From positions 11,504-75,503 of the forward strand of contig JAIPCJ010000001.1 in the NCBI GenBank assembly GCA_021738245.1: a DNA stretch of 64,000 nucleotides, written 5' to 3'. Position 1 is the first letter of the stretch; each line of letters begins with the position of its first letter. The DNA is from Methylotenera sp. (GTDB taxonomy: Bacteria; Pseudomonadota; Gammaproteobacteria; Burkholderiales; Burkholderiaceae_C). A program made the translations under genes and the position numbers. The notes beneath the pieces are model-generated. The model searched no databases. It saw only the letters and a list, made by a program, of their open reading frames with translations, and was not told the DNA's origin. This document shows positions 1 through 10,178 of this stretch, in pieces.

Positions 1-285
1 GCGGTGTCGCTGCGCAGCTTCGATGCCACCACGCGGCAGTGGTCGATCTGGTGGCTCGACGGCCGCCAGCCGCACCGGCTGGACCCGCCCGTCATCGGCC
101 GCTTTGCCCATGGCGTGGGTGAGTTCCAGTGCGATGACGTGCTGGACGGGCGGCCCATCCGCGTGCGCTTCCTGTGGACGCAGACCGACGGCCCGCAGCC
201 GCGCTGGGCCCAGGCCTTCTCGGCCGACGGCGGCCAGACCTGGGAGACCAACTGGGTGATGGACTTCAAGCGGCTCAGCGCTTGA
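1..285 (+). CDS. DUF1579-like hypothetical protein, 3' part (gene starts before the window)
   Basis: Frame open from base 1. RSFD..WSIWWLD, VRFLWT and WAQAFSADGGQTWETNWVMDF resemble the C-terminus of this family. Confidence 0.6.
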   Translation, partial: AVSLRSFDATTRQWSIWWLDGRQPHRLDPPVIGRFAHGVGEFQCDDVLDGRPIRVRFLWTQTDGPQPRWAQAFSADGGQTWETNWVMDFKRLSA

Positions 286-363
286 GCGCCAAGCCGCTTG
301 GCACGGCACCGGGGCCGCAACCGGCCCGGCCCGCCAAGAGGCCGAGGGTGGCTTCGCGGCGCC

Positions 364-1950
364 TCACGACCCCACCTTCTTCAGGCTCAACAGCACCACG
401 TCGTGGCTGCGCAACTTGAGACTGAGCGAGGCCGTGCCGGTGGCGCCGACACGGATCTCGCGCGTGATCTCCGGGCGGTCGGCGGTCAGACCTTGCAGTC
501 GGGCCAACTGGGCGTCGTCCAGGTGCTTGGGCGAGCCCATGGTCAGGTAGGGCGTGTGCGCGTCGTTGGCGAGGTAGCCGGTGCGGTGCTGCGTGAGCTG
601 GTAGCGACCGGGCTTCAGATGGCGCAGCTCGACGGTGGCGCTGCCCACGTCGCGGGCCGGCTGCGGCTTGCCGAAGAAGCTGCGGTTACTGACCTTCTGG
701 CCGGTGTTGCGCCAGTCCCAGACGAGGGCCTGCAGCTGCTCGCCATCGGTGGCCGCCCAGGTGAAGGCATCGGTGGTCGGCACCTCGCGGCCCCGCAGTG
801 CGGCGAGGTATTTGTAGGCGAACCACACCGGCTTGCGGATGCCCTCCCGAGTCATCAGGCCGAAGCCGCCGTGGAAGGGCGCGTCCGGCGGGCCGGGCTC
901 CTCGAAGAGGTCGGTGTAGGTCCAGTAGCTCATGTGCTGGACGAGGCCTTGCGTCTGCTTGAGTTTGGTCAGCACGTAGGCCGCGCTCATGTAGCTGTCG
1001 TGCACCAGGTCGCGCGGGTTGTAGCTGGTGCTCCACTCGGTGAAGAACAGCGGCAGGCCCGGCAGGTGCGAGGCCTCGATCTGCTGGCGCACGCGGCGCA
1101 CGTCGCCGACGATGGCATCGGGGTTGGGCGACAGCATGCGGTCCTCCACACCGAACTCGTCGAGGTAGCCATGGTCCACGCCATAGGTGTGGGTGGTGAC
1201 GAAGTCCACGGGCGAGTTGGTGGCCTTGGCATGCGCCAGGAACTCCGGCACCCAGGCCGCGCCAGCCGTGGACGGGCCGCCGACGCGCAGCGCCGGGTCG
1301 ATGGCCTTGATGGCCTTGGCCGTGCGGGTGTAGAGGTCGAAGTAGGCGGCCTGGTCGGCCTTCTCCCAGAAGCCGTCGAGGTTGGGTTCGTTCCACACCT
1401 CGAAGTACCAGCTGCGCACCTCGGCCGCGCCATAACGCTGCAACAAATGGCGGGTGAAGGCTTCGATCAGGGCCACCCAGCCCGCCGGCTCGGGGTGGGA
1501 GGTGTTGCCTTCCCAGTAGAAGATCTTGTTGTCGGAGGTCTTGAGTGCCAGCGGCGTGAAGCCGAGTTCGACGAAGGGCTTGATGCGGCGGGCCAGGAGC
1601 GCGTCGTAGAGCTTGTCGATGTTCGTGAAGTCGAACACCAGCTGGCCGGCGGCGTCGCGCGTGACGGTCTTGAACACGTCATGGAAGATGGCGTGAAAGC
1701 GCAGGTAGCGAAAGCCGAGTTCTTCGACGGCGGTCGTGAGCTGCGCGAGTGAATCGTCGCGGAACAGCGTGCCGGGGAAGTCGGAGCCCACGCAGTGGTC
1801 GAAGAAGCGGTCCAGCGGCGTGCTGGCCCGGGACAGGTCGAGCACGATGCGGCGGGCCTTGGCCCGGGCGGTGGTGGCCGCCTGCACGCCGCTGATCAGC
1901 GGCGCGGTGGCGACGGCGGCCAGCAACTGGCGGCGGCGTTGAGAAATCAC
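364..1950 (-). CDS. GH39 beta-xylosidase, Tat-exported
   Basis: GFRYLRFHAIF, WYFEVWNEPN (acid/base) and FFTEWS (nucleophile) motifs; N-terminal RRRQLL twin-arginine signal; GTG start with GAGGAG RBS. Confidence 0.9.
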   Translation of the reverse strand: MISQRRRQLLAAVATAPLISGVQAATTARAKARRIVLDLSRASTPLDRFFDHCVGSDFPGTLFRDDSLAQLTTAVEELGFRYLRFHAIFHDVFKTVTRDAAGQLVFDFTNIDKLYDALLARRIKPFVELGFTPLALKTSDNKIFYWEGNTSHPEPAGWVALIEAFTRHLLQRYGAAEVRSWYFEVWNEPNLDGFWEKADQAAYFDLYTRTAKAIKAIDPALRVGGPSTAGAAWVPEFLAHAKATNSPVDFVTTHTYGVDHGYLDEFGVEDRMLSPNPDAIVGDVRRVRQQIEASHLPGLPLFFTEWSTSYNPRDLVHDSYMSAAYVLTKLKQTQGLVQHMSYWTYTDLFEEPGPPDAPFHGGFGLMTREGIRKPVWFAYKYLAALRGREVPTTDAFTWAATDGEQLQALVWDWRNTGQKVSNRSFFGKPQPARDVGSATVELRHLKPGRYQLTQHRTGYLANDAHTPYLTMGSPKHLDDAQLARLQGLTADRPEITREIRVGATGTASLSLKLRSHDVVLLSLKKVGS

Positions 1951-2003
1951 GGGTGTCTCCTCGGGAAGGGCAAGCGGCGGTCAGGCGGCGCGTCGATGGC
2001 GTC

Positions 2004-3440
2004 TCAAACCTGCCCGCGGGTGGCTTCGAGCCGCTGGCGGATCTCGCCCATGCGGGCCTCGGTGAGCGGGAAGCGCAGGATGGCGATCAGTGCCAGCACC
2101 AGGCCGATGACCGGGATGCCCGACAGCAGGATGCGGATCCAGAAGATGGCTTCCGGCGTCTGCACGGCCTGCTTGGCGTCGAAGCCGGTGAACTGCAGGA
2201 TCCAGCCGGAGGCGCCCACGCCGAGCGCGATGCCGACCTTGGTGATCCAGGACTGGCAGGCCGAGAACGAGCCCTCGCGGCGCTGACCGGTCTGGGTCTC
2301 GTCGTAGTCGATGACATCGCCGAGCGTGGCGCCGTAGAGCGTCCAGAAGCCGGCGCCGGTGAATGCCACGAAGCCGCAGGCGAAGAGCTGCAGATAGGGG
2401 CGCTCGGGGTCGTACAGCCACCAGTCGCCGATGAAGGCGGCGATCGCCATCACCAGCACGGTGGCCAGCGCGGTGCGCTTGCCCTGGCGGCGCGCGATCC
2501 ACGAGAAGAACGGGATGCCCGCGAAGCCGAAGGCCATGCCGGCCAGCCCCATCGCGGTGTTCCATTGCGTGGCCAGCGTCACGTCGCCCTTGCAGACGTA
2601 GTAGACGGTCGCGTAGTAGCCCAGGGCGCCCACCATGGCGGTGCCGATGCCGTAGGCCAGCGCCATCAGCAGCACGTGGCGGAAGGGCTGGCAGCGCAGC
2701 GTGCGCCACAGGGTGTCGGTGAAGGGGATGTGGGTCTGGGTGCGCGACACCAGCTTCTCGTAGTAGCGCTCGCGTGTCAGCAGGAAGATGGCGATGGAGA
2801 CCGCCACCATGATGGCGCCGAGGATGGCGGTGTAGACCTGGGCGCCGCGCAGGATGTCGGGCTTGCCGCTCTCGTCGTGGAAGATGGCCAGCGTCGTGAA
2901 CTGCGCGGCGAAGAACATCGCGAGCTCGGGCAGCTTCTGGATGGCATTGCGGATGGCCATCACGGTGGTGCGCTCGTGGTAGTCGGGCGTCATCTCCGAC
3001 CCGAGGCTCACCCAGGGCATGTTGAAGCAGCTCATCACCGGCACGTAGATCACCATGCTGACCAGCATGAAGATGAAGTACTGCGTGTCGGTCCAGCCGC
3101 GGCCCACCGCGAACATCAGCGGCAGGCCGATGCCCGCCAGCACGCCGCCCACCAGGATGAACGGACGACGGCGCCCGTAGCGGGTGCGGGTGTTGTCGGA
3201 GATCCAGCCGAAGATGGCGTCGCTCGCGGCGTCGATGAAGATCTTCACCATCTGCACGGTGCTGATCAGCCCCGGCGCCACGCCCAGGAAGATGTTGAAG
3301 ACGTGGAAGGCCAGCGACGGGTAGAGCCAGTGGCCCCACATGTCGAGGAAGGCGCCCAGGCCGAAGCCGATCTTCTGTCGCATCGGCAGCCGGTCGCTGC
3401 CAGGCGTCACGCGGTCCAGGTGCAGTGTGGCGGCGTTCAC
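2004..3440 (-). CDS. MFS transporter, glycoside-pentoside-hexuronide (GPH) family
   Basis: SDNTRTRYGRRRPFIL, DVIDYDE and GQRREG motifs; about 12 hydrophobic segments; GTG start at 3440 overlaps the GH1 stop (GTGA) and has a GGAAGG RBS. Confidence 0.88.
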   Translation of the reverse strand: MNAATLHLDRVTPGSDRLPMRQKIGFGLGAFLDMWGHWLYPSLAFHVFNIFLGVAPGLISTVQMVKIFIDAASDAIFGWISDNTRTRYGRRRPFILVGGVLAGIGLPLMFAVGRGWTDTQYFIFMLVSMVIYVPVMSCFNMPWVSLGSEMTPDYHERTTVMAIRNAIQKLPELAMFFAAQFTTLAIFHDESGKPDILRGAQVYTAILGAIMVAVSIAIFLLTRERYYEKLVSRTQTHIPFTDTLWRTLRCQPFRHVLLMALAYGIGTAMVGALGYYATVYYVCKGDVTLATQWNTAMGLAGMAFGFAGIPFFSWIARRQGKRTALATVLVMAIAAFIGDWWLYDPERPYLQLFACGFVAFTGAGFWTLYGATLGDVIDYDETQTGQRREGSFSACQSWITKVGIALGVGASGWILQFTGFDAKQAVQTPEAIFWIRILLSGIPVIGLVLALIAILRFPLTEARMGEIRQRLEATRGQV

Positions 3441-4804
3441 AGCACCTTCCTTGCGGCCATCACCGCAGCGTAGTAGCGGGCCGAGAGCTTGGGCGTGCGC
3501 ACCTGCGTCGCGTAGTCGCAGTGCACGATGCCGAAGCGGCGTTGGTAGCCGTCTTCCCACTCGTAGTTGTCGATGAAGCTCCACAGGAAGTAGCCGTGCA
3601 GCGGCACGCCGTCGGCAATCGCGCGGTGGGCCTCGCGCAGGTGGTTGCGCAGGAAGTCGCGGCGGTGCAGGTCCAGCACTTCGCCGTTGACCACAGGTTC
3701 GTCGTTGTAGCCGCAGCCGTTTTCGGTGATGTACAGCGAGGCGTGGCCGTAGCACTCGGCCGCGAAGCGCGTGGCCCAGTAGATGGACTGCGGCACCAGG
3801 CGCAGCCAGGGGCTGTCGGCCCGCGGGTAGTTGATCGGGTTGGGCAGCGCCTCGTAGGCGGCACCCCTCGTGCTGGCGCGCACATAGGTGCCGGTGTAGA
3901 TGTTCAGGCCGAGGTGGTCGGTGGGCAGGCTGATGAGGTCGAAGTCGCCGGGCAGCACCTGGGGCGCATCGGCGCCGACGCGATCCAGGTAGTCCTGCGG
4001 GTAGCGGCCCGCGTGCATGGCGCCCAGCACGTGGGCGTTCTTCTCCAGGAACCAGGCCTTGGCGGCGGCGATGTCGGCCGGCGTCTCGGTGACGGGGATG
4101 CAGACGTCGCAGTTGTCGGTCAGGCCGACGACGGCACCCGCGCCGCCGAACTCGCGCACCGCACGCACGCCGTGGCCGTGGCACAGCAGCGCATGGTGGA
4201 AGGTCTGGTTCACCACCGCCGCGCTTTCCTTGCGGCCGGGCGCCTTGGTGCCGTAGCCGTAGGCCAGCTGCGTGAAGCAGCGGATCTCGTTCATCGTGAT
4301 CCAGTGCCTGACCTCGCCCGCGAAGGCCTTCACCACCGTGTCGGCATAGCGGGCGAAGGCGTCCACGGTCACGCGGGCCGTCCAGCCGCCGCGGTCTTCC
4401 AGCGCCTGCGGCAGGTCCCAGTGGAACATCGTGACCCAGGGCGTGATGCCGTGCTTCTTCATGCTGGCGAACAGCCGGTGATAGAAGTCCAGCCCGGCGG
4501 GGTTGAGCTCGCCATCGCCGTTGGGGTAGATGCGCGGCCAGGCCAGCGACAGGCGGTAGTGCTTGACGCCGAGCGAGGCCATCAGCGCGAAGTCGTCGTC
4601 GAAGCGGTGGTAGTGGTCGCAGGCGACGTCGAGCGTGTCGCCGTCATGCACGGCGCCGGGCTGGCGGCAGAAACGGTCCCAGATGGATTCGCCCTTGCCG
4701 CCCTCGAAGGCGGCGCCCTCGATCTGCGGCGCGGCGGCGGCAACACCGAACACGAAGTCGGCAGGGAAGGGACTGGCGTAGGTGAGGGAGGTCAGTGCGG
4801 TCAT
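3437..4804 (-). CDS. GH1 beta-glucosidase (cytoplasmic)
   Basis: FPADFVFG..QIEGA, YRLSLAWPRI, WITMNE, YITENG and WSFIDNYEW motifs. Start taken at MTALTS; an alternative ATG lies at 4840. Confidence 0.9.
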   Translation of the reverse strand: MTALTSLTYASPFPADFVFGVAAAAPQIEGAAFEGGKGESIWDRFCRQPGAVHDGDTLDVACDHYHRFDDDFALMASLGVKHYRLSLAWPRIYPNGDGELNPAGLDFYHRLFASMKKHGITPWVTMFHWDLPQALEDRGGWTARVTVDAFARYADTVVKAFAGEVRHWITMNEIRCFTQLAYGYGTKAPGRKESAAVVNQTFHHALLCHGHGVRAVREFGGAGAVVGLTDNCDVCIPVTETPADIAAAKAWFLEKNAHVLGAMHAGRYPQDYLDRVGADAPQVLPGDFDLISLPTDHLGLNIYTGTYVRASTRGAAYEALPNPINYPRADSPWLRLVPQSIYWATRFAAECYGHASLYITENGCGYNDEPVVNGEVLDLHRRDFLRNHLREAHRAIADGVPLHGYFLWSFIDNYEWEDGYQRRFGIVHCDYATQVRTPKLSARYYAAVMAARKVL

Positions 4805-4824
4805 GAGGTCAGGGGCGAGTGCCG

Positions 4825-6165
4825 TCAGGGCGCGAGCCATGGGGTCAGGAGAGGAGCCAGGCTGCGGGCCCAGCGGTCGTAGCCCGTGGGGCTGAGGTGG
4901 AGCCAGTCCGGCAGGATGTCGCGGGACAGGGTGCCGTCGGGGTTGGTCAGGGCGCTGCCGATGTCCAGGAACACCACCTGCCGGCCATCGGCCAGCGTGG
5001 GCAGCAGCGCGTTGATCTTCGCGTTGTGCCGGCGCAGCAGGCCGTCGGGCTTCTCGTCGCGCGGGAAGAGGGCCAGCAGCAGCACCTTGGCCTGCGGCTG
5101 GCGGCGGCGGATTTCGTCGAGGTTGGCGCGGATGCCGGCGAGAGTCAGGGCGGGGTCTTCCCGCCGCTCGCCCGTGTTGTTGGTGCCGATCAGCAGCACG
5201 ATCGCCTTGGGCGCCATGCCGTCGAGTTCGCCGTGCTGCAGGCGCCACAGCAGGTTCTCGGTGCGGTCGCCGCCAAAGCCCAGCGCGACGGCGTTGTACT
5301 TCGCGAAGTGCTCCCGCCAGGCGGCCTGGCCTTCCTTCTCCCAGCCCTGGGTGATGGAGTCGCCCAGGAAGACGAGCTGAACCTGCCGGCCGGCCGCGCG
5401 GTGGGCACGGATCTCGTCGAGCTTGGCTTCGTGGCGCGGCCCCCACCAGTCCACGGCCCAGGACTCCTGCAGCGGCTCGGGCGTGACCGATTGCGTGCGG
5501 TAGTCCGGGCAGGCGGTGTTGGGCTTGCCGGTGCGCTTGAAGATGGGCGGGCTGATGCGGATCTCGCCGCTGCCGGTGCCTTCCAGCGTGAAGGGCACCG
5601 GCACGGCACGGAAGTCGTCGCCTTCGCGCCAGAAGCAGCTCAGTGCCAGCGACACATGCCTTCTGCCCTTGCCCGCCAGTGCCCGGCCGGCGAACAGGAA
5701 GGGGACCTTGCGCTCGCAGTCGGTGCCGCAGCCGAGCTTGAACTTCATGCCGCCGTGGGCGAGGTCCACCACGTCCAGGTCGAACTCGACCGTGCCGCGC
5801 GGCACGTCGGCCTGCAGGTCCAGCGGCGGGCCGCCCTGCCAGCGCAGCTGGGCGATCCAGCTGTTGCTGAACTGCAGGGTCAGCAGGCCATCGTCTCCGC
5901 GCGCCGCGGCGACACGGCTGGCGGGCACGCGCGGCTGGGCCGGCTTGGGCACGGTGACGCGGTCGCCACGCAGCAGCGTCTCGCCCTCGACATCGGTGAC
6001 GGCTATCTGCCAGCCGCGGCTGAGGTCAACGGTCTGCGAGGGCGCGGCTTGCGCGGCGCCGAGGCAACACAGCCACAGAGACACAGAGGCACAGAGGAAT
6101 CGGTGCATCAAACCTGCGTCTCGGTGTCTCGGTGTCTCTGTGGCTGTGTTCTTGAGGCTGTCCAT
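4825..6165 (-). CDS. SGNH/GDSL esterase with N-terminal ExoP_C-like galactose-binding-fold domain, secreted (probable carbohydrate acetylesterase)
   Basis: GDSITQG, GFGGDRT, GTNN and DWLHL blocks of the SGNH fold. ATG lies 1 nt after the GH95 stop; signal peptide ends AQA. Confidence 0.82.
   Translation of the reverse strand: MDSLKNTATETPRHRDAGLMHRFLCASVSLWLCCLGAAQAAPSQTVDLSRGWQIAVTDVEGETLLRGDRVTVPKPAQPRVPASRVAAARGDDGLLTLQFSNSWIAQLRWQGGPPLDLQADVPRGTVEFDLDVVDLAHGGMKFKLGCGTDCERKVPFLFAGRALAGKGRRHVSLALSCFWREGDDFRAVPVPFTLEGTGSGEIRISPPIFKRTGKPNTACPDYRTQSVTPEPLQESWAVDWWGPRHEAKLDEIRAHRAAGRQVQLVFLGDSITQGWEKEGQAAWREHFAKYNAVALGFGGDRTENLLWRLQHGELDGMAPKAIVLLIGTNNTGERREDPALTLAGIRANLDEIRRRQPQAKVLLLALFPRDEKPDGLLRRHNAKINALLPTLADGRQVVFLDIGSALTNPDGTLSRDILPDWLHLSPTGYDRWARSLAPLLTPWLAP
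6066..6150. repeat. CACAGAG-type palindromic repeat, copy 1 (inside the esterase 5' end)
   Basis: Perfect 19-bp arms AACACAGCCACAGAGACAC (6066-6084) and GTGTCTCTGTGGCTGTGTT (6132-6150), extended by 8-nt CACAGAG(A/G)-like units. Confidence 0.85.
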
Positions 6166-6166
6166 G

Positions 6167-8464
6167 TCAGTCCAGTTCAGCAGCCCGCAGCGTGCGGGAC
6201 TGGCCGGGTTTCAGATGAAGGTCCAGGGTGCGGTCACCCACGCGCAGCCGGCCACCGCCAGCGCCTGCTACCGAGCGGACGGTGGCGCTTTGAACGCGGC
6301 CCGCAGCCCAGGTGATGTCGACCACAAAGCCGCCCCGCGCGCGCAGGCCGCGCACCGTACCGCTCGGCCAGGCGGCGGGCAGGGCCGGCAGCAGGTCGAT
6401 GACGCCGTCGTGCGATTGCAGCAGCATCTCGGCGATGGCGGCCGTGGCGCCGAAGTTGCCATCGATCTGGAAGGGCGGGTGGGTGTCGAACAGGTTGGGA
6501 TAGGTGCCGCCCTGGTGCACCTCGGCACCGGGCCGCGCGGCCTGCGCACCGGGCTCGGCCAGCAGGCCGCGCAGCAGGCGGTAGGCGCGGTCACCGTCGC
6601 GCAGCCGGGCCCACCAGGCCATCTTCCAGGCCATGGACCAGCCGGTGCTCACGTCGCCCCGGGCCTCCAGCGTCTGGCGCGCCGCCGCGGCCAGCTCGGG
6701 CGTGCGGGTGGGCGAGATCTGCCGGCCGGGGAAGAGGGCGTACAGGTGGGACACGTGGCGATGCGTGTCGGCCGGGGTGTCGAGCACCGGGTCCTTCAGC
6801 TCGTCCAGCCACTCCAGCAGCTGACCCCAGCTGCCGATACGCGGGCCGGCGAGACGGTCGCGCACCGCCACGGCCTGCTGGTGCGCGGCGGTGTCACCGA
6901 GGACGGTGGCCGCCTGGGCGAGGTGGTCGAAGAGGTCCCAGAGGATCTGCTGGTCGTAGGCCACGCCGTCCTGGATGGGGCCATGCTCGGGCGACCAGCC
7001 GTTCGGGGCCACCAGCCGGCCGTCCGGCAGCGGCTTCAGTCGGTCTTCCCAGAACTCGCCCACTTCCTTCATCACCGGCCAGGCCACATCGCGCAGGAAG
7101 GCACGGTCCTGCGTGAAGGCGTAGTGCTCCCAGAAGTGGCGGGCGTACCAGGCGTTGCCGGTCATGTGCCAGAGGTAGCTCTGGGCGCCGAAGGGGTTGG
7201 TCTCGGTGCGCAGGGCCCAGCCGCGCATGGGCTGGCCGTCGGCACGCAGGAAGGTTTCCTGCGGCGGCTGCACCGAGTTGTCCCACGGAGGCGTCTCGGG
7301 CGGCAGGCGCGACGGGTCGAGCTTGGCGAGTGCGGCCCGTTCGCTGACCGCGCGCCGCCATTGTGGAATCAGCCGCTGCACGAAGCGGTGGAATGGTCGC
7401 GCCGACTCGGCGAGGTTCGTCACCTCGGCCGGCCAGTAGTTCATCTGCAGGTTGATGTTGGAGTGGTAGTCGCTGTTCCAGGGGGGCTGCAGCTGGTCGT
7501 TCCACAGGCCTTGCAGGTTGGCGGGCAGCCCAGGCTGGGCGCTCAGGCGCGAGCTGCTGAGCAGCAGGTAGCGGCCGAATTGGAAGTACAGCGCCTCCAG
7601 CTCGGGATCGCCGCCCTGGCGGGTGTAGGCGGCCAGGCGGGCGTCGGTCGTGAGGGCGCGGCGCTCGGCGGGGCTCGTGCCCAGGTCGAGCTGCACGCGG
7701 CCGAGCCGGGCCTGCACGTCGCGTTCGTTGGCCGCGAGCAGCTGTGGCCAGCGCGCGGCAGCGGCAGCGGCTGCCTGACGCTGCACGCGGGGCAGCGGCG
7801 GCTGGCCGTCGCCGAAGCTGGTGCCGGCCGCAAGGATGAGCGTGAGAGCGGTCACGCCATCGAACCGCAGCGTCGTGCCTTGCTGGCTCAGTCTGCCGCC
7901 CTCATGCTGCACGCGCAGCTGGCTGGCGTAAGCCAGGCCGTTGGGCAGCTGGCCCACGGCGGTGAGGGTGCGGCCGGCGGCGCTCAGCGCAGCGCCGTGG
8001 CGGTCGGTCAGCGCGAGGCTGCCGCTGTAGCGGCCGGGCCGGTCGGCAGTCAGCCGCCAGGCGATGACCTGGGCCGGGTGGCTGGCCAGCGCCTCGCGGG
8101 TAAAGCGCACGCCGTGCTGGGTGTAGCAGAGGCGGTTGACGGCGCGGGCGATGTCCAGCTCGCGGCGGTACTGCTGCACGGGCGCGTCGGCACCGTCGAG
8201 CGTGAGCACCACATCGCCGAAAGGCTGGTAGGCACCCATGGCCTGGGTGTCGCCCGTCCACAGCGTGATGTCGTTGAACTGCAGCCGGTCTCTGGCCACC
8301 TGGCCGAACAGCATGGCGCCGAGCCGGCCGTTGCCGATGGGCAGGGCCAGCTGCTCCCAGCCCTGGGGCGTGTCCGGGGCGGGCGCGGCATAACGCATCA
8401 CCCACTCGGCCGCCTGCAGGGGCAGCGAGAGAGCGAGGCAGCAGGCGAGCAGCAGGCGTTTCAT
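6167..8464 (-). CDS. GH95 alpha-L-fucosidase / alpha-L-galactosidase
   Basis: [52 protein letters not shown] and [11 protein letters not shown] motifs; signal peptide. Confidence 0.93.
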   Translation of the reverse strand: MKRLLLACCLALSLPLQAAEWVMRYAAPAPDTPQGWEQLALPIGNGRLGAMLFGQVARDRLQFNDITLWTGDTQAMGAYQPFGDVVLTLDGADAPVQQYRRELDIARAVNRLCYTQHGVRFTREALASHPAQVIAWRLTADRPGRYSGSLALTDRHGAALSAAGRTLTAVGQLPNGLAYASQLRVQHEGGRLSQQGTTLRFDGVTALTLILAAGTSFGDGQPPLPRVQRQAAAAAAARWPQLLAANERDVQARLGRVQLDLGTSPAERRALTTDARLAAYTRQGGDPELEALYFQFGRYLLLSSSRLSAQPGLPANLQGLWNDQLQPPWNSDYHSNINLQMNYWPAEVTNLAESARPFHRFVQRLIPQWRRAVSERAALAKLDPSRLPPETPPWDNSVQPPQETFLRADGQPMRGWALRTETNPFGAQSYLWHMTGNAWYARHFWEHYAFTQDRAFLRDVAWPVMKEVGEFWEDRLKPLPDGRLVAPNGWSPEHGPIQDGVAYDQQILWDLFDHLAQAATVLGDTAAHQQAVAVRDRLAGPRIGSWGQLLEWLDELKDPVLDTPADTHRHVSHLYALFPGRQISPTRTPELAAAARQTLEARGDVSTGWSMAWKMAWWARLRDGDRAYRLLRGLLAEPGAQAARPGAEVHQGGTYPNLFDTHPPFQIDGNFGATAAIAEMLLQSHDGVIDLLPALPAAWPSGTVRGLRARGGFVVDITWAAGRVQSATVRSVAGAGGGRLRVGDRTLDLHLKPGQSRTLRAAELD

Positions 8465-8479
8465 GCGCGTGGGCGACGC

Positions 8480-10117
8480 TCAGCGCGGGCGACCCATCCT
8501 GACCTTGAGCATGACGGGCTGGGCCGGCAGGTTCAGGCCGTAGTCGACCTGGTCTCCATTCCAGACGCGCTCCATCATCCATCGGCCCTGGGCGTCGTAG
8601 TGGCCCTGCTCCACGCGCAGCTGAAAGCCTCGGGTGCCCTCGGCCGGCTCCATGCGCACGCGCACGCGCTGCCCGATGACGAGGAACTCGTCGGTGCCGA
8701 TCTGTGCGATGGCTGCCCCGCCGGTGGGTTGTTCGGTGCCGGCCGCGGCCTTGGCGAACTCGCCGCCCCAGGCGGGCTCGCCGAAGCTGCCGAGGCGGTA
8801 GGTGAGCTTGGCCGTCCAGCCGGGGAACTCCAGTTGCTGGGGTTTGCGGTCGTCGCCTTCACCCGCGCCCCGCGTGCGGCCCTCGAAGGCCCACTGCGCC
8901 CACTGGCGCTGGATGGGCCCGAACATGCGGTAGACGGGCTCGAAGGGTTCGACGAGGGTCTTGTCGGTGGCGGTGCTGCCGAGCGGGTGGTTGCTGTAGT
9001 TGAAGTAGTCGATGCCGAACGGCGACACGCCGATCGCGCCGCGCCCGAGCATGGCGTACAGCAGGCGGCCATAAGACGGCTTGGTGCCGATCTCCGGAAT
9101 CCACAGCGGGTTGTCGGGGCGCTGGAAGAGGCGAAGGTTGGCGTTCACCTGCTCGGATTCGGGGCTGTAGATGTCGGGGCTGACGATGTCCAGCGCCGGT
9201 GCCGCGGCCTTGTAGATGTCGATCACGTCCCAGGTCGGGCCGCCGCTGGCGAAGTTCTTGTTCCAGGGCTTGGGCGGCTGCTCCAGCGGGTTGCGCAACG
9301 CGTTGTTGACGTACATGGGCAGGTCGTACACCGCACGGCCGGCGGCGGCGATCTCGCCGATGTAGCGGGCGATGGCCCAGGCGTGGAAGTACTCGTCGGC
9401 GTAGTCGCCGTAGACCTCGCGCCAGCTGCCCGTGGCCGCCAGCTTGGGTTTCTGGCGGGCCAGCACCGCGGGCGGCACCGGCTGCTCGAAGGCGGCCTGC
9501 GCGGCGGGGCCGAAGTCACGCACGAGGCCATAGGTGCCGACCTCGTTCTCGACCTGCACCATCAGCACGGTGCGCTGGTCGGCATCGATCTTCTTCAGGT
9601 GGCCCATCAGCGCGACGAAGGCGCGCTTGTCGGCCTTGAGGGTCTCGTCGCCAAAGGGGCTCAGGCTGTAGTTGGCCACGCCGTCGCGGTCGACGTTGAA
9701 GGGAAAGCGCTTGGGGTCGAGCTTGACCCAGGCCGGCGTGTACTGCGCGCTGGTGTTCTTCCAGGTGCCGAACCACAGGATCACCAGCCGCTGCTTCTGT
9801 TGGCGCGCCTCGCGCACCAGGGTGTCGACAAAGCTGAAGTCGAAGCGGCCTTCCTCGGGCTCCACTTGTTCCCAGGCCACCGGCATCAGCACCGTGTTGG
9901 CCTTGAGGTCACGGGCGGCGTCCCACACCGGCTTGAGCGCGCCCGGGTAGTTGCTGGAGTTGTGGGCCTGTGCGCCGAGGATGAGGAAGGGCTTGCCGTC
10001 CACCAGCAGTGCGTGGCGGCCCTCGCGCGTGACCAGGCGAGGTGCCTCGGCAGCCGGGGCGGCCGTGGCGGTGAGCAGGCAGGCGAGCGCTGCCGCGAGG
10101 AGGGCGTATTTCTTCAT
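8480..10117 (-). CDS. GH35-type beta-galactosidase with DUF5597 C-terminal domain
   Basis: LLVDGKPFLILG, AQAHNSSNYP, PVAWEQVEPEEGRFDFS, MVQVENE and RVWNGDQ motifs; signal peptide MKKYALL. Confidence 0.85.
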   Translation of the reverse strand: MKKYALLAAALACLLTATAAPAAEAPRLVTREGRHALLVDGKPFLILGAQAHNSSNYPGALKPVWDAARDLKANTVLMPVAWEQVEPEEGRFDFSFVDTLVREARQQKQRLVILWFGTWKNTSAQYTPAWVKLDPKRFPFNVDRDGVANYSLSPFGDETLKADKRAFVALMGHLKKIDADQRTVLMVQVENEVGTYGLVRDFGPAAQAAFEQPVPPAVLARQKPKLAATGSWREVYGDYADEYFHAWAIARYIGEIAAAGRAVYDLPMYVNNALRNPLEQPPKPWNKNFASGGPTWDVIDIYKAAAPALDIVSPDIYSPESEQVNANLRLFQRPDNPLWIPEIGTKPSYGRLLYAMLGRGAIGVSPFGIDYFNYSNHPLGSTATDKTLVEPFEPVYRMFGPIQRQWAQWAFEGRTRGAGEGDDRKPQQLEFPGWTAKLTYRLGSFGEPAWGGEFAKAAAGTEQPTGGAAIAQIGTDEFLVIGQRVRVRMEPAEGTRGFQLRVEQGHYDAQGRWMMERVWNGDQVDYGLNLPAQPVMLKVRMGRPR

Positions 10118-10178
10118 CGGTGTCCCAGAAGCCAAGAAGGCCGGGCACCGCCGCAGCGGCGCCCGGCCAGACCGGTGG

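Noticed and set aside
2004-4184. 726-aa ORF as a single gene
   Set aside because: Only the part from GTG 3440 is an MFS protein; the upstream part is an alternative frame of the GH1 gene.
3437-5446. 669-aa GH1 with long N-terminal extension
   Set aside because: The extension overlaps the SGNH gene in another frame; GH1 homology starts near 4804.
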